IMG/VR virus record: IMGVR_UViG_3300027759_000063
Coordinates: 1 to 64,000 of that record
DNA from: a virus
Reading direction: 5' to 3' (one strand)
DNA: 64,000 bases
In this document: positions 8,500 through 18,378 of the stretch, in pieces
Layout of the letters: each line of letters begins with the position of its first letter
How positions within the stretch are numbered: position 1 is the stretch's first letter
Translations under genes and position numbers: made by a program
Notes under the pieces: model-generated
What the model was told of the DNA's origin: nothing
Database searches by the model: none
The model's input: only the letters and a program-made list of their open reading frames with translations

Positions 8500-9410
8500 G
8501 TTTTTTCCTTTATTTTATATGAGATTTTTCCTGTACGGAAATCATGTTCTACTGTGACTCTACTGTTGGGAGCATTTATCACAGCAGGGTTGGCTGGTGG
8601 TTTCCAATGCCCTGTGTCCAGGTAAAGACAGTTGCTGCCGTGTTGCATGCCGGCTCTGGGCACAATCAACACTGGTTGATCACTTGTGTCAACTTGCAAT
8701 TCATGAACAGGTATATCCACAAAAGCTGCGTTGGCATCAACTGTGTATCTTCCAACACAGGTGCTGTTGGTGATCCAGTCTAGGTAGGTCAGCCCAGGAG
8801 TCAGTTGGTTTACTCCTGTGGGCAACACTGTTTTTGATTTGATACTTTTTTTGTATTTTTTTGACAGCAACAGGTTGATGTATGACACAAACCGAGATTC
8901 AACATCCACACCTGGAGAAAAATAATTTTCTTCATATGATTGCGTCAAACTGCTGGCAACATCTACAGATATTGGGATAGCATGTATTTCTAAAAAATAC
9001 TCACCTGGTAAAAATCGTTGGCCAGGCTGCCTAGGCAAACTGTTGTAAAGGCCTTCGCCCCAGATATTGTCGTCCACAGTTTCTGTGAAAATTACTGGTC
9101 GAGCATGCTCACAAGAGTGATCATAGCGTTGATTGATCAGTGTGATGCGGTCTTGCAGACTGAGTAGTTTGATCATTTCACTACCCAGTTGATAACGATC
9201 CGGATCTGACTCATAGGCCACAATACTACGGGCACCGTGCTTCAAGGCCAGCATACTCAGTAGTCCTGTACCAAATCCAATTTCCACACAGTCTTGGTCT
9301 TGAACTTCGGTCAGTACATGATCGTAGAAATGGTTACGGGCAACATCATTCAGCATGGAGAGATATACCCCATCGTGATTTTTAAAGTCCACGCGATCTA
9401 AAAAGTCCAT
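8496..9410 (-). CDS. PRMT-like (protein arginine) methyltransferase
   Basis: MLNDVARN, EIGFGTGLLSMLA, IVAYE, double-E loop TETVDDNIWGEG, GHW. Confidence 0.7.
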   Translation of the reverse strand: MDFLDRVDFKNHDGVYLSMLNDVARNHFYDHVLTEVQDQDCVEIGFGTGLLSMLALKHGARSIVAYESDPDRYQLGSEMIKLLSLQDRITLINQRYDHSCEHARPVIFTETVDDNIWGEGLYNSLPRQPGQRFLPGEYFLEIHAIPISVDVASSLTQSYEENYFSPGVDVESRFVSYINLLLSKKYKKSIKSKTVLPTGVNQLTPGLTYLDWITNSTCVGRYTVDANAAFVDIPVHELQVDTSDQPVLIVPRAGMQHGSNCLYLDTGHWKPPANPAVINAPNSRVTVEHDFRTGKISYKIKEKT

Positions 9411-9412
9411 GA

Positions 9413-11734
9413 TTACAGTTTACAGCTTTCGCAGTCTTCCGCTGCATCAAAGTCTATTGCTTCCAGCGGTGCTGTTTCCTTTTCTGCTCTAGAACCCTGC
9501 TTGTTGATTAGACTGTAATAGAATGTCTTGATGCCCCAGTGATGTGCCTGCATCAAGTTCTTGGCAATCAAGGTGGTGGGCACTTTGCGATCTGGCCAGT
9601 GTGCAGGATTGTAGAATGTGTTGGTTGAAATTGACTGATCAATGTAGGCTGCCAACACAGCGGCTGTTTTCAAATAGCCAATGCAATCTTGTTGTGCCCA
9701 CATCAATTGATATCGGTTCTTGAGTCTGTGATACTCGGGTACGACCTGTGTGAGGCTGCCTGCTTTGGATTCTTTTACACTGATCAAGCTCATGGGCATT
9801 TCAATACCATTGGTTGAGTTGATCACCACACTTGAACTTTCAACCGGTGCCACTGCCATTAGTGTGGCGTTGCGCACACCGTAGGCTCGCATGTTGCCAC
9901 GCAGGGTATTCCAGTCCAGCGCAGGATCAGGTGTGAAGTCTGTGAGTTCATTCACACCTCTGGCACGTAGTTCCCAAGGGAAGATGCCTTGTCCGTAGCG
10001 TGTCTTATCACTGTCTTGGCAACGACCACGTTCCCGGGCCAGTTCTACTGTGGCTTCGGTCAAGTAGTAGGCTTGATGCTCCATCCACGTCTTGACTTCA
10101 GCCAAGGCGTCTCGTTCTCCGTATTTGAGACTGCGTTTGGCGTGCCAGTAGGCAAGGTTGGTGATTCCGATACCCAAGGGCTGGATCTCGTCGTTGGATA
10201 GTTGAGACTGGATGGAGAGAAAGTCTTGATAGTCAAGAATGTTACACAGGCTACGCTGAAGTATACGACAAGCACGGCGCATGTCTTCTGGATTACGGAA
10301 CGCACCCCAGTTGATTGAGCCCAGTGTGCAAAGAGCGATACGACCATCACGGTCATCCAGACGTTTAAAGGGTTTAGTAGGAAGAAGAATTTCACAGCAA
10401 AGGTTACTCTGGTAAATGGTATGATATTCAGGATCAAATGGTCCTTGGCTCATGACATTGTCAATGAACACTAGATAGATACGTCCAGTATCGGTTCGTT
10501 CCTTGAGAATACCACTTTTGAAAACTTCCTCCGCAGCCATCGTTTTCTTACGGAGGCCGGGCGCTTTTTCATATTTGACATAAAGTTCTTCAAAGCGAGC
10601 GGTATCTTGATAAAATGCTTCATAAAGGTCAGGTACTTGGTTAGGATCAAAGAATGTGATGTTTTCTTTGTTCTTGAAACGTCTCCAAAAGAACGCACTC
10701 AGCACAACACCATAGTCCATGTGTCGCACACGAGTTTCTTCTGTGCCTTGATTGTTTTTCAGCACAATGAGATCATCAAACTGCAGGTGCCATATGGGAT
10801 AGAACACAGTGGCCGATGCATTGCGAATACCGCCTTGTGAACACGAGCGCAGGTCACCAAACCATTTCTTCAAGAATGGTATCATGCCTGTGTGCATGAT
10901 CTCACCGCCGCGAATAGGTGATCCCAAGGGACGCAGTCGTCCAATCTCTAAACCAATGCCAGCACGTTTGCTGGCATACTTGGCCATCATCTCACCGCTG
11001 GCAAATATACTATCGAGGTCATCATCGGATCGGATAAGAACACAACTGCTAAATTGCTTAGTAGGAGTACCAAGGCCAGCAAGCACAGGAGTTGCCAAAG
11101 TGAAAAGCCCATCACTTGCGGCAGTGTAATACTCTTTGATATAACGCATGCGAGCTGTGTTAGGTTCTTCTTTATGGAAAACAGTGGCCGCTGCCACCAT
11201 GTATCTAACTTGCGGAGTTTCATATGTTTGTCCTGTTGATCGATTCTTCACTAGGTATTTTTCAATCAGTTGTTCCACTGCGGCATAACTGTAACTTTCG
11301 TCCTTGGCATGATCAATCATGTCTTGCATGCGGTTCCAGTCATCTTCTGAGTACCATTCTAAGAGTTCAGGAGTGTACAGGCCAGTGGCCACGTTGGTCT
11401 TTACAATGTCATACAAGTGAGGAGGATCGTATAAACCGTACACATCTTTGCGTAGCATTGATAAACGTTGTTTACCCGCCACGTACTGATAGTTGGTGTG
11501 CCCCACATCCGGATTTGATTCCACGTCAATCAAGTCCACAATGGCACGTAAGGTAATACCGTCAATCTCTTTGGTGGTAATACCATCATAAAAGTGCAAC
11601 TGTGCCTTGATTTCCACCATGCTCTGACTTACGTCTGCTATGCCTGCGCATACTTTGGCAATTTGAGTTTGCCATTTCTCCAATGCCAGCGGCTCACGAA
11701 GGCCACTGCGCTTTACAACTGTAATGCTTTTCAT
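9413..11734 (-). CDS. nrdA: ribonucleotide reductase class Ia alpha subunit
   Basis: ATP cone VVKRSG, SSCVL, SNLCCEI, AVAPVESSS, KTFYY, C-terminal CESC. Confidence 0.97.
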   Translation of the reverse strand: MKSITVVKRSGLREPLALEKWQTQIAKVCAGIADVSQSMVEIKAQLHFYDGITTKEIDGITLRAIVDLIDVESNPDVGHTNYQYVAGKQRLSMLRKDVYGLYDPPHLYDIVKTNVATGLYTPELLEWYSEDDWNRMQDMIDHAKDESYSYAAVEQLIEKYLVKNRSTGQTYETPQVRYMVAAATVFHKEEPNTARMRYIKEYYTAASDGLFTLATPVLAGLGTPTKQFSSCVLIRSDDDLDSIFASGEMMAKYASKRAGIGLEIGRLRPLGSPIRGGEIMHTGMIPFLKKWFGDLRSCSQGGIRNASATVFYPIWHLQFDDLIVLKNNQGTEETRVRHMDYGVVLSAFFWRRFKNKENITFFDPNQVPDLYEAFYQDTARFEELYVKYEKAPGLRKKTMAAEEVFKSGILKERTDTGRIYLVFIDNVMSQGPFDPEYHTIYQSNLCCEILLPTKPFKRLDDRDGRIALCTLGSINWGAFRNPEDMRRACRILQRSLCNILDYQDFLSIQSQLSNDEIQPLGIGITNLAYWHAKRSLKYGERDALAEVKTWMEHQAYYLTEATVELARERGRCQDSDKTRYGQGIFPWELRARGVNELTDFTPDPALDWNTLRGNMRAYGVRNATLMAVAPVESSSVVINSTNGIEMPMSLISVKESKAGSLTQVVPEYHRLKNRYQLMWAQQDCIGYLKTAAVLAAYIDQSISTNTFYNPAHWPDRKVPTTLIAKNLMQAHHWGIKTFYYSLINKQGSRAEKETAPLEAIDFDAAEDCESCKL

Positions 11735-11740
11735 CTCTTC

Positions 11741-12166
11741 CTAACGAATTTTTTGTTTTATTTCTTCTTGATTGACACGCCGTCTGGGTTTTGACTTCTC
11801 CAGGCTGATATTTAACACTTGATCTGGGTCCCAATTCAATATATATTTCTCATGGTCAACTAGGACTAAATTGTCCCCCAAATACTCAATCATGCAGACA
11901 TCCTGCAGATCTTCACGATCCAACATTGCTATAGTATACAGGATTCCCAGCCCTCGCGCAAGTGGACAATACATGTTGTCACTCAATAACTGCCAAGGAT
12001 CCGGCCAGTCTGCCTGATCATCCCAGTGCAAATGGTAAGCGCACCAGGGTGCCCGAAACCACCAGCGATTGATGGTGGACACTGTGGCGTCCACTGTGGT
12101 GGTTTGACATTGTTGTCTCAGCTGATTCCAAGACTCTAGCCTTTCGGCAAAACTAACAGGCCACAT
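11741..12166 (-). CDS. conserved Trp-rich hypothetical protein
   Basis: 141-aa ORF, WPDPWQLL...YC motif. Confidence 0.65.
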   Translation of the reverse strand: MWPVSFAERLESWNQLRQQCQTTTVDATVSTINRWWFRAPWCAYHLHWDDQADWPDPWQLLSDNMYCPLARGLGILYTIAMLDREDLQDVCMIEYLGDNLVLVDHEKYILNWDPDQVLNISLEKSKPRRRVNQEEIKQKIR

Positions 12167-12175
12167 AAGATGCGA

Positions 12176-13927
12176 TTAAGAGCTTGGTCCTAGGTAGGTA
12201 ATACTGTAGTAAATCAAACCAGATGGTCTAGTGCTGCTTGAGGTATATGTGACTGTGATTGTTGTGCCCACATCAGTCACAGCCAAACTAACGTCTGGGT
12301 CTGAATTTTGCACAAAGTCATCGCTGTAGCTCAATCCATCTCCTGCTGAATCGTCAGCATCATTGACCACTGTGAGTGTACCAGTTCTCACTGATGTTTC
12401 TCTCACAATTGTGTAATCCATTCTGAATGCTTTGATGTACACTGAGCTTTGATTGAACAATGTTGCACCACTGGCTCCCACATCCAGCGTGGCCTGAACA
12501 CCAGTGTTTCTAACATAGCTTCCCAGTTGCGATCTTACTGCACTGTCAACACCAATACTGGCAGGAATAGTTGAAGTGACCGAATTGTATAATTTTATTC
12601 TAGGATACACCACAGACTGAGTGGTACTGCGCTGAAACATGTCACCGACGCTGATATTGTTGTCTGCATCAATACTGATAATTGCACTGGCAGGGATACT
12701 CACACCATTGAAGTGATTGCCTACGTCATAAAAAATATTATATCCTGTGGCATTCAAACTCACATTGTTGATCACAACACCTTCCACATACACAGTGTCA
12801 AATTCATTGTGTAATACTTTGAATCCAGTGGCTCCACCATTGACAGGACTGGTACCACCTAGTACTACGCCTTGATACAATGTGTCAAATCTACTGTTGC
12901 TGATCACTGCACCTTTGATCTGTTGATCAGTGTTGGTGCCGTATGTGAACCCAGAAAATCTACAGTTGGTCCAATTGATTTGAGTACATGGCAAACTGGT
13001 GGTGCTGGCCCAGCGAATGGCCGCAATATCATCCGCCGCAGTAGTAAGATCACCGGTGTCAAGTGGACCCAGTAAATCCATGCTGTCAAAGTCACAATGA
13101 GTGGCATTTTCAATCAGTACAGCATTGATCATCTGATCAGAACTGATACCTATACCACTCATTTGAATATTTGTGGGTGCTGTGGCACCATTGGTGCCAA
13201 TGTTTACTCCAGTTTGTTGCAGACTATCTGCTGTTCTTACCACATAACTGGGCAACGATTCAGCAACCCAGTAACTGGCATTGGTAATTGCAATACCAGT
13301 AGCTGGCACAATGGCCAGACTACGATAGTAAGTGCTGGTACTGGTATAATACACCAATACACCTTGTGCATAACCAGTGTTGGCTGCCCAATTTTGTACT
13401 GAAAAATTGATAATTGAACTGTTGGCTCCTTCGCCATACAGCCTAGCCCAGGTGGGAACAAGAATGGTATCAGTTACTATGTATTTGCCAGCTGGAAAAA
13501 ACAAACTGCGTCTAATTTGTGTGTTGGTTTGTACACAGTACAATTGAAACAATGCACGATTGATAGCATCTGTGTCATCGGTTACCCCATCACCAACAGC
13601 GCCAAAGTCTGTGACCACTGCGTAGCTGTCTAGTCTGCTTTGAATACTCTGTGTGACTGGTGTGCCTGATGTGGCACCAGTTTGCACGGTGTATCCAGCA
13701 GCATCTCCTCGGTAGGTGTATTGCCCGGCAAAACTCAAAATGTCTGAGAATTCTGTGAGCACTTCGGTGTTGCCCACAACCGGGGCACCGTCGGCCAGTT
13801 CGCCATTGCCAATGAACAGTCTACGTTCATCTATGGCCCAGCCCAATTCAGCGCCAGCCAAGGGCTGGGGCAGGTCTTCTAATAGGCCCTTGCGGGAGGT
13901 GATTCTTGAAACTTGTACAATTGCCAC
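12176..13927 (-). CDS. tail spike/baseplate protein with pectate-lyase-3-like beta-helix
   Basis: VTDFGAVGDGVTDDTDAINRAL...FFPAGKY; N-terminal AGAELGWAIDERRLFIGNG; late motif upstream. Confidence 0.8.
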   Translation of the reverse strand: MAIVQVSRITSRKGLLEDLPQPLAGAELGWAIDERRLFIGNGELADGAPVVGNTEVLTEFSDILSFAGQYTYRGDAAGYTVQTGATSGTPVTQSIQSRLDSYAVVTDFGAVGDGVTDDTDAINRALFQLYCVQTNTQIRRSLFFPAGKYIVTDTILVPTWARLYGEGANSSIINFSVQNWAANTGYAQGVLVYYTSTSTYYRSLAIVPATGIAITNASYWVAESLPSYVVRTADSLQQTGVNIGTNGATAPTNIQMSGIGISSDQMINAVLIENATHCDFDSMDLLGPLDTGDLTTAADDIAAIRWASTTSLPCTQINWTNCRFSGFTYGTNTDQQIKGAVISNSRFDTLYQGVVLGGTSPVNGGATGFKVLHNEFDTVYVEGVVINNVSLNATGYNIFYDVGNHFNGVSIPASAIISIDADNNISVGDMFQRSTTQSVVYPRIKLYNSVTSTIPASIGVDSAVRSQLGSYVRNTGVQATLDVGASGATLFNQSSVYIKAFRMDYTIVRETSVRTGTLTVVNDADDSAGDGLSYSDDFVQNSDPDVSLAVTDVGTTITVTYTSSSTRPSGLIYYSITYLGPSS

Positions 13928-13946
13928 AGTGTGATTCCTTGAGGTA

Positions 13947-14663
13947 TCACATATTTAGCAAGTAATACTGTTCGACCTTTTTCCACCACAAGTCACGATA
14001 CCGATCAAACTCTTGCCCTTCCAGTACAAATTCCTGGTACTCAGGTGGAGAAATCATGTTCATTTGTTCGTCTAGGGTGGGTTTGACACACATCAAAACC
14101 ACGCCTTTTCGGATGTTTGTGCCATGCAGTTCGTTGTGTGCTTCGGCATAGGCGCATAGCTGCACAAAGTAATCATCAATCCACTCGCGCTTTTTGGGCT
14201 TGTTGGTCTGCTTGTAATCTAATATAGCTTCTTCGTTTAAATGTATGCCCGCGCCATCTGTTGTGCCTGCGTACACCTTGGGGAAATACAGAGGAACTTC
14301 TATACCCCAAAACTCTGAAACATTCTTCAATCCGTGTTCCACAACTTTTTGCGCCATAGCATGACTGGCCCAGGAAAACGGATTTGTGCCCCGATCTTTT
14401 ATTGCACCGTCTCGAACATACTGTTCAAGATATGTGTGCATGCGTGTGCCACGATTGGCAGCTTCTGTTGTGATTTGTTGTGCCTGTTCATGTCCTACTC
14501 TATTACGCCAGTTCTGCAGAGCTTTCTTACTTTCTTCACTTTTGGTGGCATCAAGTATTGTGGTCACTGACGGTAATCGGTTGCCATCTGGTGTGGCATA
14601 CAGTCTGCGGCCGTTGACGTTTTCCCGTGGTATGGCTTGATAGTTAAATTTTGGATTGTACAA
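13947..14663 (-). CDS. PD-(D/E)XK exonuclease (RecB/Cas4/MGME1-like)
   Basis: PSVTTIL, RGTRMH, AGTTD, LDYKQ, QLCAYA. Confidence 0.85.
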   Translation of the reverse strand: MYNPKFNYQAIPRENVNGRRLYATPDGNRLPSVTTILDATKSEESKKALQNWRNRVGHEQAQQITTEAANRGTRMHTYLEQYVRDGAIKDRGTNPFSWASHAMAQKVVEHGLKNVSEFWGIEVPLYFPKVYAGTTDGAGIHLNEEAILDYKQTNKPKKREWIDDYFVQLCAYAEAHNELHGTNIRKGVVLMCVKPTLDEQMNMISPPEYQEFVLEGQEFDRYRDLWWKKVEQYYLLNM

Positions 14664-14665
14664 TG

Positions 14666-14989
14666 TTAAACTCTAAAACTTTCTCCACAACCGCAGCGGT
14701 CGCGTTCGTTGGGGTTGCTGAACTCAAAGCCTTCGTTGAGGCCTTGACGCACATAATCTACTTGTGTGCCACGCAAGTAGACATCATGTTTTTTGTCAAC
14801 TATAACACAAAAATTTGGTTGAGCATAGTTTATGGTACTGTCATCAGCACAGTATTCTTTCACGTATTCTAACACATAAGCCAGCCCTGAGCAACCGGTA
14901 GTTTTTACACCCAGTCGTATGCCGGCATAGCCTTTGGTTGTTACCAATTTTTGTATTTTAGATTGTGCTTGATCAGTTATGGTTATCAT
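14666..14989 (-). CDS. iscA: A-type Fe-S carrier IscA
   Basis: GVKTTGCSGLAY, FSNPN, CGCGESF. Confidence 0.95.
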   Translation of the reverse strand: MITITDQAQSKIQKLVTTKGYAGIRLGVKTTGCSGLAYVLEYVKEYCADDSTINYAQPNFCVIVDKKHDVYLRGTQVDYVRQGLNEGFEFSNPNERDRCGCGESFRV

Positions 14990-15000
14990 GTTAGTATTTA

Positions 15001-16698
15001 CTAGTCAATCTCACTGCATAATTCACTTATGATTTGACTGATATTGGGCTGCAATCTTAAATGAGCAAGTTTTCTTGATGTGTCTTTTGACAAGAATTTT
15101 GTAATGTATAAAATAAAATTTTTGTCTTTGGCCAATGTGATTCCATATGATATGGGCTCGCATGACAACACAACCGGCTGGTCAGAAAAATCTTTTGTGA
15201 AATAGAATTTTTGTTCGGTAGACCAGTTGATATAAAGATTATTGCATAAACTATGATACTGGTGGCTGGTCAAAAAGTCATCAATTATTGGCTCAATCTC
15301 TATGTGCGACCCGGCTTGTTGTGTCAGCACAAATTTTATCACACTTAGTGCATTGTAGACTCCTGACAGCACTGTCATTTCTACCAGCTGTTTTTGATCA
15401 AAAGACACACACTTTTTAGGAATCTCGCTGGTGTAAAAATCAAAACCAGGATCAATACGTGTGGATTTTACATATTCAAATTGAAATCGGCGTTGATACT
15501 CAGGGTCGTACATGGCAGGACTGGCCGGCAATGGTTCATTCAAAAACACAATGGGCAATATGTTTGCCTCAGTTATCTGACGCAGTGTTTGCCGCCAGGT
15601 CAAGGGAGTTTGTCCAGGTAATCCGTAGATCAATTGTGCTTTTACAATCAACTGAGGATGTTTGGTCACCAGTTCACGGGCCATGGCAGCATGAGTTTCC
15701 CAACCAACATCTGGACGATCAATGTTTTTTAATATTTCTTCATTGGTGTCTTGTATGGAAAAATTTAATGTTTTTTGTACCAGGCCGCTTTCGGCCATGA
15801 TGTTGAAAATTTTTAAATTTACATCTTTGCGTAGTTTGCTGTAGTTGCCGCTGATTTTGAATCCAGCATTTTGTTGCAGATTTTTTTGTGCAAAATACTC
15901 TATCATGGCAACATCTTCGTCGTACTGCCCAACGTTGGCATCTGACAGGTAAATTTGTTTGATTCCTAATTCGTAAAACAAATCAATTTCTTCCTGGTAG
16001 GTATTTTTTCGTCGCGATATTTTATTTCCTAGCCCGCTGTTCCAATCACAAAAGGTACACGAATAAGGGCAACCTCTTGTCAAGGTGTACGGCAGATATA
16101 AAACACCGTTGCGTTCCAGCAGAGTGCGAGTCATTTCAGCAAACAGTTTTCTATTGTGCGTAAATGGACTTGTACTGATCATTTTTACAAACTTGTAATC
16201 TGCTGTGATTGTTTGCCCAGTGTTGGAATTTACCCATCCACAGTTGCTAGTGTTAAATGCTATCAACGGAGTTTTACCAACCAGACTTTTGATTATGTCT
16301 GCAAATGCCTGTTCGCCTGCGCCGTAAACTGCATAATCAATATATGGATTTTTTTCAAAAAATGCTGGGTCAAGGTTGATGTTGATACTGGGCCCACCGG
16401 CAATGATCTTGACACGTGCGGATAACTGTGGTTTGATTTTGCTCAGTTGATCGGTCAAGTAGTCATGATTCCACATGTAATGACTGGTACAAAGCACATC
16501 AGGTTTATGCTGTTCCACATAGTCCAGTAACTCTTTATTGGTCAATGTTTGTTGAATAGGAACCAACCATTCCAATTGATCAGCAATCTCTGGGTAGGTT
16601 ACATCAACATAAGTTTTCAAATGTAACACCGCTGGATACAGCCAAGATTTTGTTCCACCAGCATGATACAGCAGTATACGAAATCGTTGACCCGTCAT
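15001..16698 (-). CDS. cobalamin-binding radical SAM protein
   Basis: PDVLCTSHYMWN, IIAGGP, GAGEQ, TRGCPYSCTFCDW, LIYGLPGQT. Confidence 0.88.
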   Translation of the reverse strand: MTGQRFRILLYHAGGTKSWLYPAVLHLKTYVDVTYPEIADQLEWLVPIQQTLTNKELLDYVEQHKPDVLCTSHYMWNHDYLTDQLSKIKPQLSARVKIIAGGPSININLDPAFFEKNPYIDYAVYGAGEQAFADIIKSLVGKTPLIAFNTSNCGWVNSNTGQTITADYKFVKMISTSPFTHNRKLFAEMTRTLLERNGVLYLPYTLTRGCPYSCTFCDWNSGLGNKISRRKNTYQEEIDLFYELGIKQIYLSDANVGQYDEDVAMIEYFAQKNLQQNAGFKISGNYSKLRKDVNLKIFNIMAESGLVQKTLNFSIQDTNEEILKNIDRPDVGWETHAAMARELVTKHPQLIVKAQLIYGLPGQTPLTWRQTLRQITEANILPIVFLNEPLPASPAMYDPEYQRRFQFEYVKSTRIDPGFDFYTSEIPKKCVSFDQKQLVEMTVLSGVYNALSVIKFVLTQQAGSHIEIEPIIDDFLTSHQYHSLCNNLYINWSTEQKFYFTKDFSDQPVVLSCEPISYGITLAKDKNFILYITKFLSKDTSRKLAHLRLQPNISQIISELCSEID

Positions 16699-16701
16699 GA
16701 A

Positions 16702-17073
16702 TCAATGTTTCTTTCGATAGTCTTCCACTGCGGCTTTTATAGCATCTTCAGCAAGAATAGAACAATGAATCTTGACTGGTGGCAGTGCGAGTTCCTGAGC
16801 AATCTCTGAATTTTTAAGAGCTGCTGCCTCGTCAAGTGTTCGTCCTTTAACCCACTCGGTAACAAGAGAGGATGAGGCAATGGCACTTCCGCATCCGTAT
16901 GTTTTGAACCTGGCATCTGTGATAATTCCGTTTTCAACTTTGATTTGCAATTTCATCACATCGCCGCAGGCCGGTGCTCCCACCATGCCTGTGCCAATGG
17001 TGTCGTCAAGTTCAAACTTGCCCACATTGCGTGGATTTTCGTAGTGATCAATTACTTTTTCTGAATAGGCCAT
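16702..17073 (-). CDS. iscU: Fe-S scaffold IscU
   Basis: MAYSEKVIDHYENPRNVG, GAPACGDVM, GCGSAIASSS, LPPVKIHCSILAEDA. Confidence 0.97.
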   Translation of the reverse strand: MAYSEKVIDHYENPRNVGKFELDDTIGTGMVGAPACGDVMKLQIKVENGIITDARFKTYGCGSAIASSSLVTEWVKGRTLDEAAALKNSEIAQELALPPVKIHCSILAEDAIKAAVEDYRKKH

Positions 17074-17090
17074 GTGATATTCCTTCGCTA

Positions 17091-17119
17091 ATTATAGCGT
17101 ATTTACTAACAAGTGTCAA
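17091..17119 (-). promoter_or_regulatory. nested sigma70 (TTGACA-17-TATAAT) and late TAAATA promoter for iscU
   Basis: ATTATA 17091-17096, TATTTA 17100-17105, TGTCAA 17114-17119. Confidence 0.8.
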
Positions 17120-17128
17120 TGAGAATGG

Positions 17129-17482
17129 TTATACGCCGCGGTCTTTGCCGGCAGCTGATTTGGCCGAGGCGGCCACAATATCTTGTGCTTTGTTCACCGG
17201 CATCTCGGTTGCACCAGTGTTGGCACCTTTGTACATGATCACACCAGGTTTGCTGGGATCAATTGGTTCTAACACACTGTCCAAGGGTGGCGTACTCACC
17301 ACGCTGATAATATTACGTTGATTGACTGGAAATCCCAAACTTTGTGCGGCACTTATAAATGCATCAGTACTGATTTGCTTTTGTGCATTTTCGTCATCTG
17401 CGCGGCCTGAAAGAAAATTCACCAAACCCATCAGTTTGTTTGGGTCTAGTGAATTTGAATTTTCGACTTCGTCGATTCTCAT
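17129..17482 (-). CDS. putative internal head protein (MRIDEV N-terminus)
   Basis: 117 aa; N-terminus resembles a capsid-targeting peptide. Confidence 0.6.
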   Translation of the reverse strand: MRIDEVENSNSLDPNKLMGLVNFLSGRADDENAQKQISTDAFISAAQSLGFPVNQRNIISVVSTPPLDSVLEPIDPSKPGVIMYKGANTGATEMPVNKAQDIVAASAKSAAGKDRGV

Positions 17483-18378
17483 TATCTACGTGCTCGGCCC
17501 AGTGCGGCTCCGGCTGGTGCAGGTTCTTCAGCACCCATTTCAGCACCCATTTCAGCACCCATTTCAGCACCTAGATCAGCGCCAACATCGGCACCCATTT
17601 CAGCACCAGGTACTGGGGCAGGTGCAGCACCTGGCATGCCACTGGCGGCCATGCTGGTGTCTAGTGCGGCAGGTTGACCTGTTACCACACCCAGTGCTGT
17701 TTCTAACTGTTGTTTGGAACCTTGCAAGTTTTGCACAAGGCCTTGCAATGCCGCAGTTACATCACTGTTGAATTGTGTGGCTTGTTCCATGCCAATTTGA
17801 TTACGGATTGAGTCAACCAAGGCAGGCAGTTCTTTGAATTGCATCTCTGTGGTGTCTTCCAGCATTGATTGCATTTTGTCCACCATGTCTTGTGCAGCCA
17901 ACACCACTTGTGCCTGCTGAACTTCGGATTCTTTCAAGAACTGGTATGCTCTACGCAAACGGCTTTCGGCAGTCAGTGTGGCCTGTGCATTGATTAGTTC
18001 TTGTTCTTCAGGGGAAGGCTCCTGACCTTTAGCCAGTTTGTCTTTGGCTGCCTTGAGCTTGGCCGCGGCTGCTGGATCAGCTGCCACGTTGCCTGTTGGC
18101 TTCATCGCGGCACCTGCTGGTGGTACCATGTCTTCGCTCACGCGGTGAGCCAGTGCCTGTTCCATCATGACCAGTTTCAAATACGCAGGGTTGCGTTCAC
18201 TGGTGTGACGACCGGTGCCACGCTGATGTTCAGCAATCACGCCACGCACACGTTTCAACATGGCCTGTGCTTCACGCACTGTGAGCCGGTTCACAGGCAT
18301 TTTTGTACCAAAATAACTTTCAAATACTTGGGCTACTTGGCGGCTCTTTTTTGGTGTGGCCAGTTCGGTTAATTTCAT
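17482..18378 (-). CDS. putative prohead core/scaffold or internal protein
   Basis: MKLTEL N-terminus, VSE/LKE linkers, acidic GAEM repeats, late motif upstream. Confidence 0.6.
   Translation of the reverse strand: MKLTELATPKKSRQVAQVFESYFGTKMPVNRLTVREAQAMLKRVRGVIAEHQRGTGRHTSERNPAYLKLVMMEQALAHRVSEDMVPPAGAAMKPTGNVAADPAAAAKLKAAKDKLAKGQEPSPEEQELINAQATLTAESRLRRAYQFLKESEVQQAQVVLAAQDMVDKMQSMLEDTTEMQFKELPALVDSIRNQIGMEQATQFNSDVTAALQGLVQNLQGSKQQLETALGVVTGQPAALDTSMAASGMPGAAPAPVPGAEMGADVGADLGAEMGAEMGAEMGAEEPAPAGAALGRARR
17529..17607. repeat. 12-bp tandem repeat (CAGCACCCATTT)n encoding GAEM repeats
   Basis: Three perfect copies followed by degenerate copies. Confidence 0.85.

Noticed and set aside
9413-11734. 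Intein or intron in nrdA (also checked terL, helicase, uvsX)
   Set aside because: Lengths are normal, motifs contiguous, no Hint or homing-endonuclease signatures
13947-14663. Cas4 as evidence of a CRISPR system
   Set aside because: Lacks the four-Cys Fe-S pattern; generic phage PD-(D/E)XK exonuclease
17529-17607. 12-bp tandem repeat as origin or regulatory element
   Set aside because: In frame; explained by GAEM low-complexity coding
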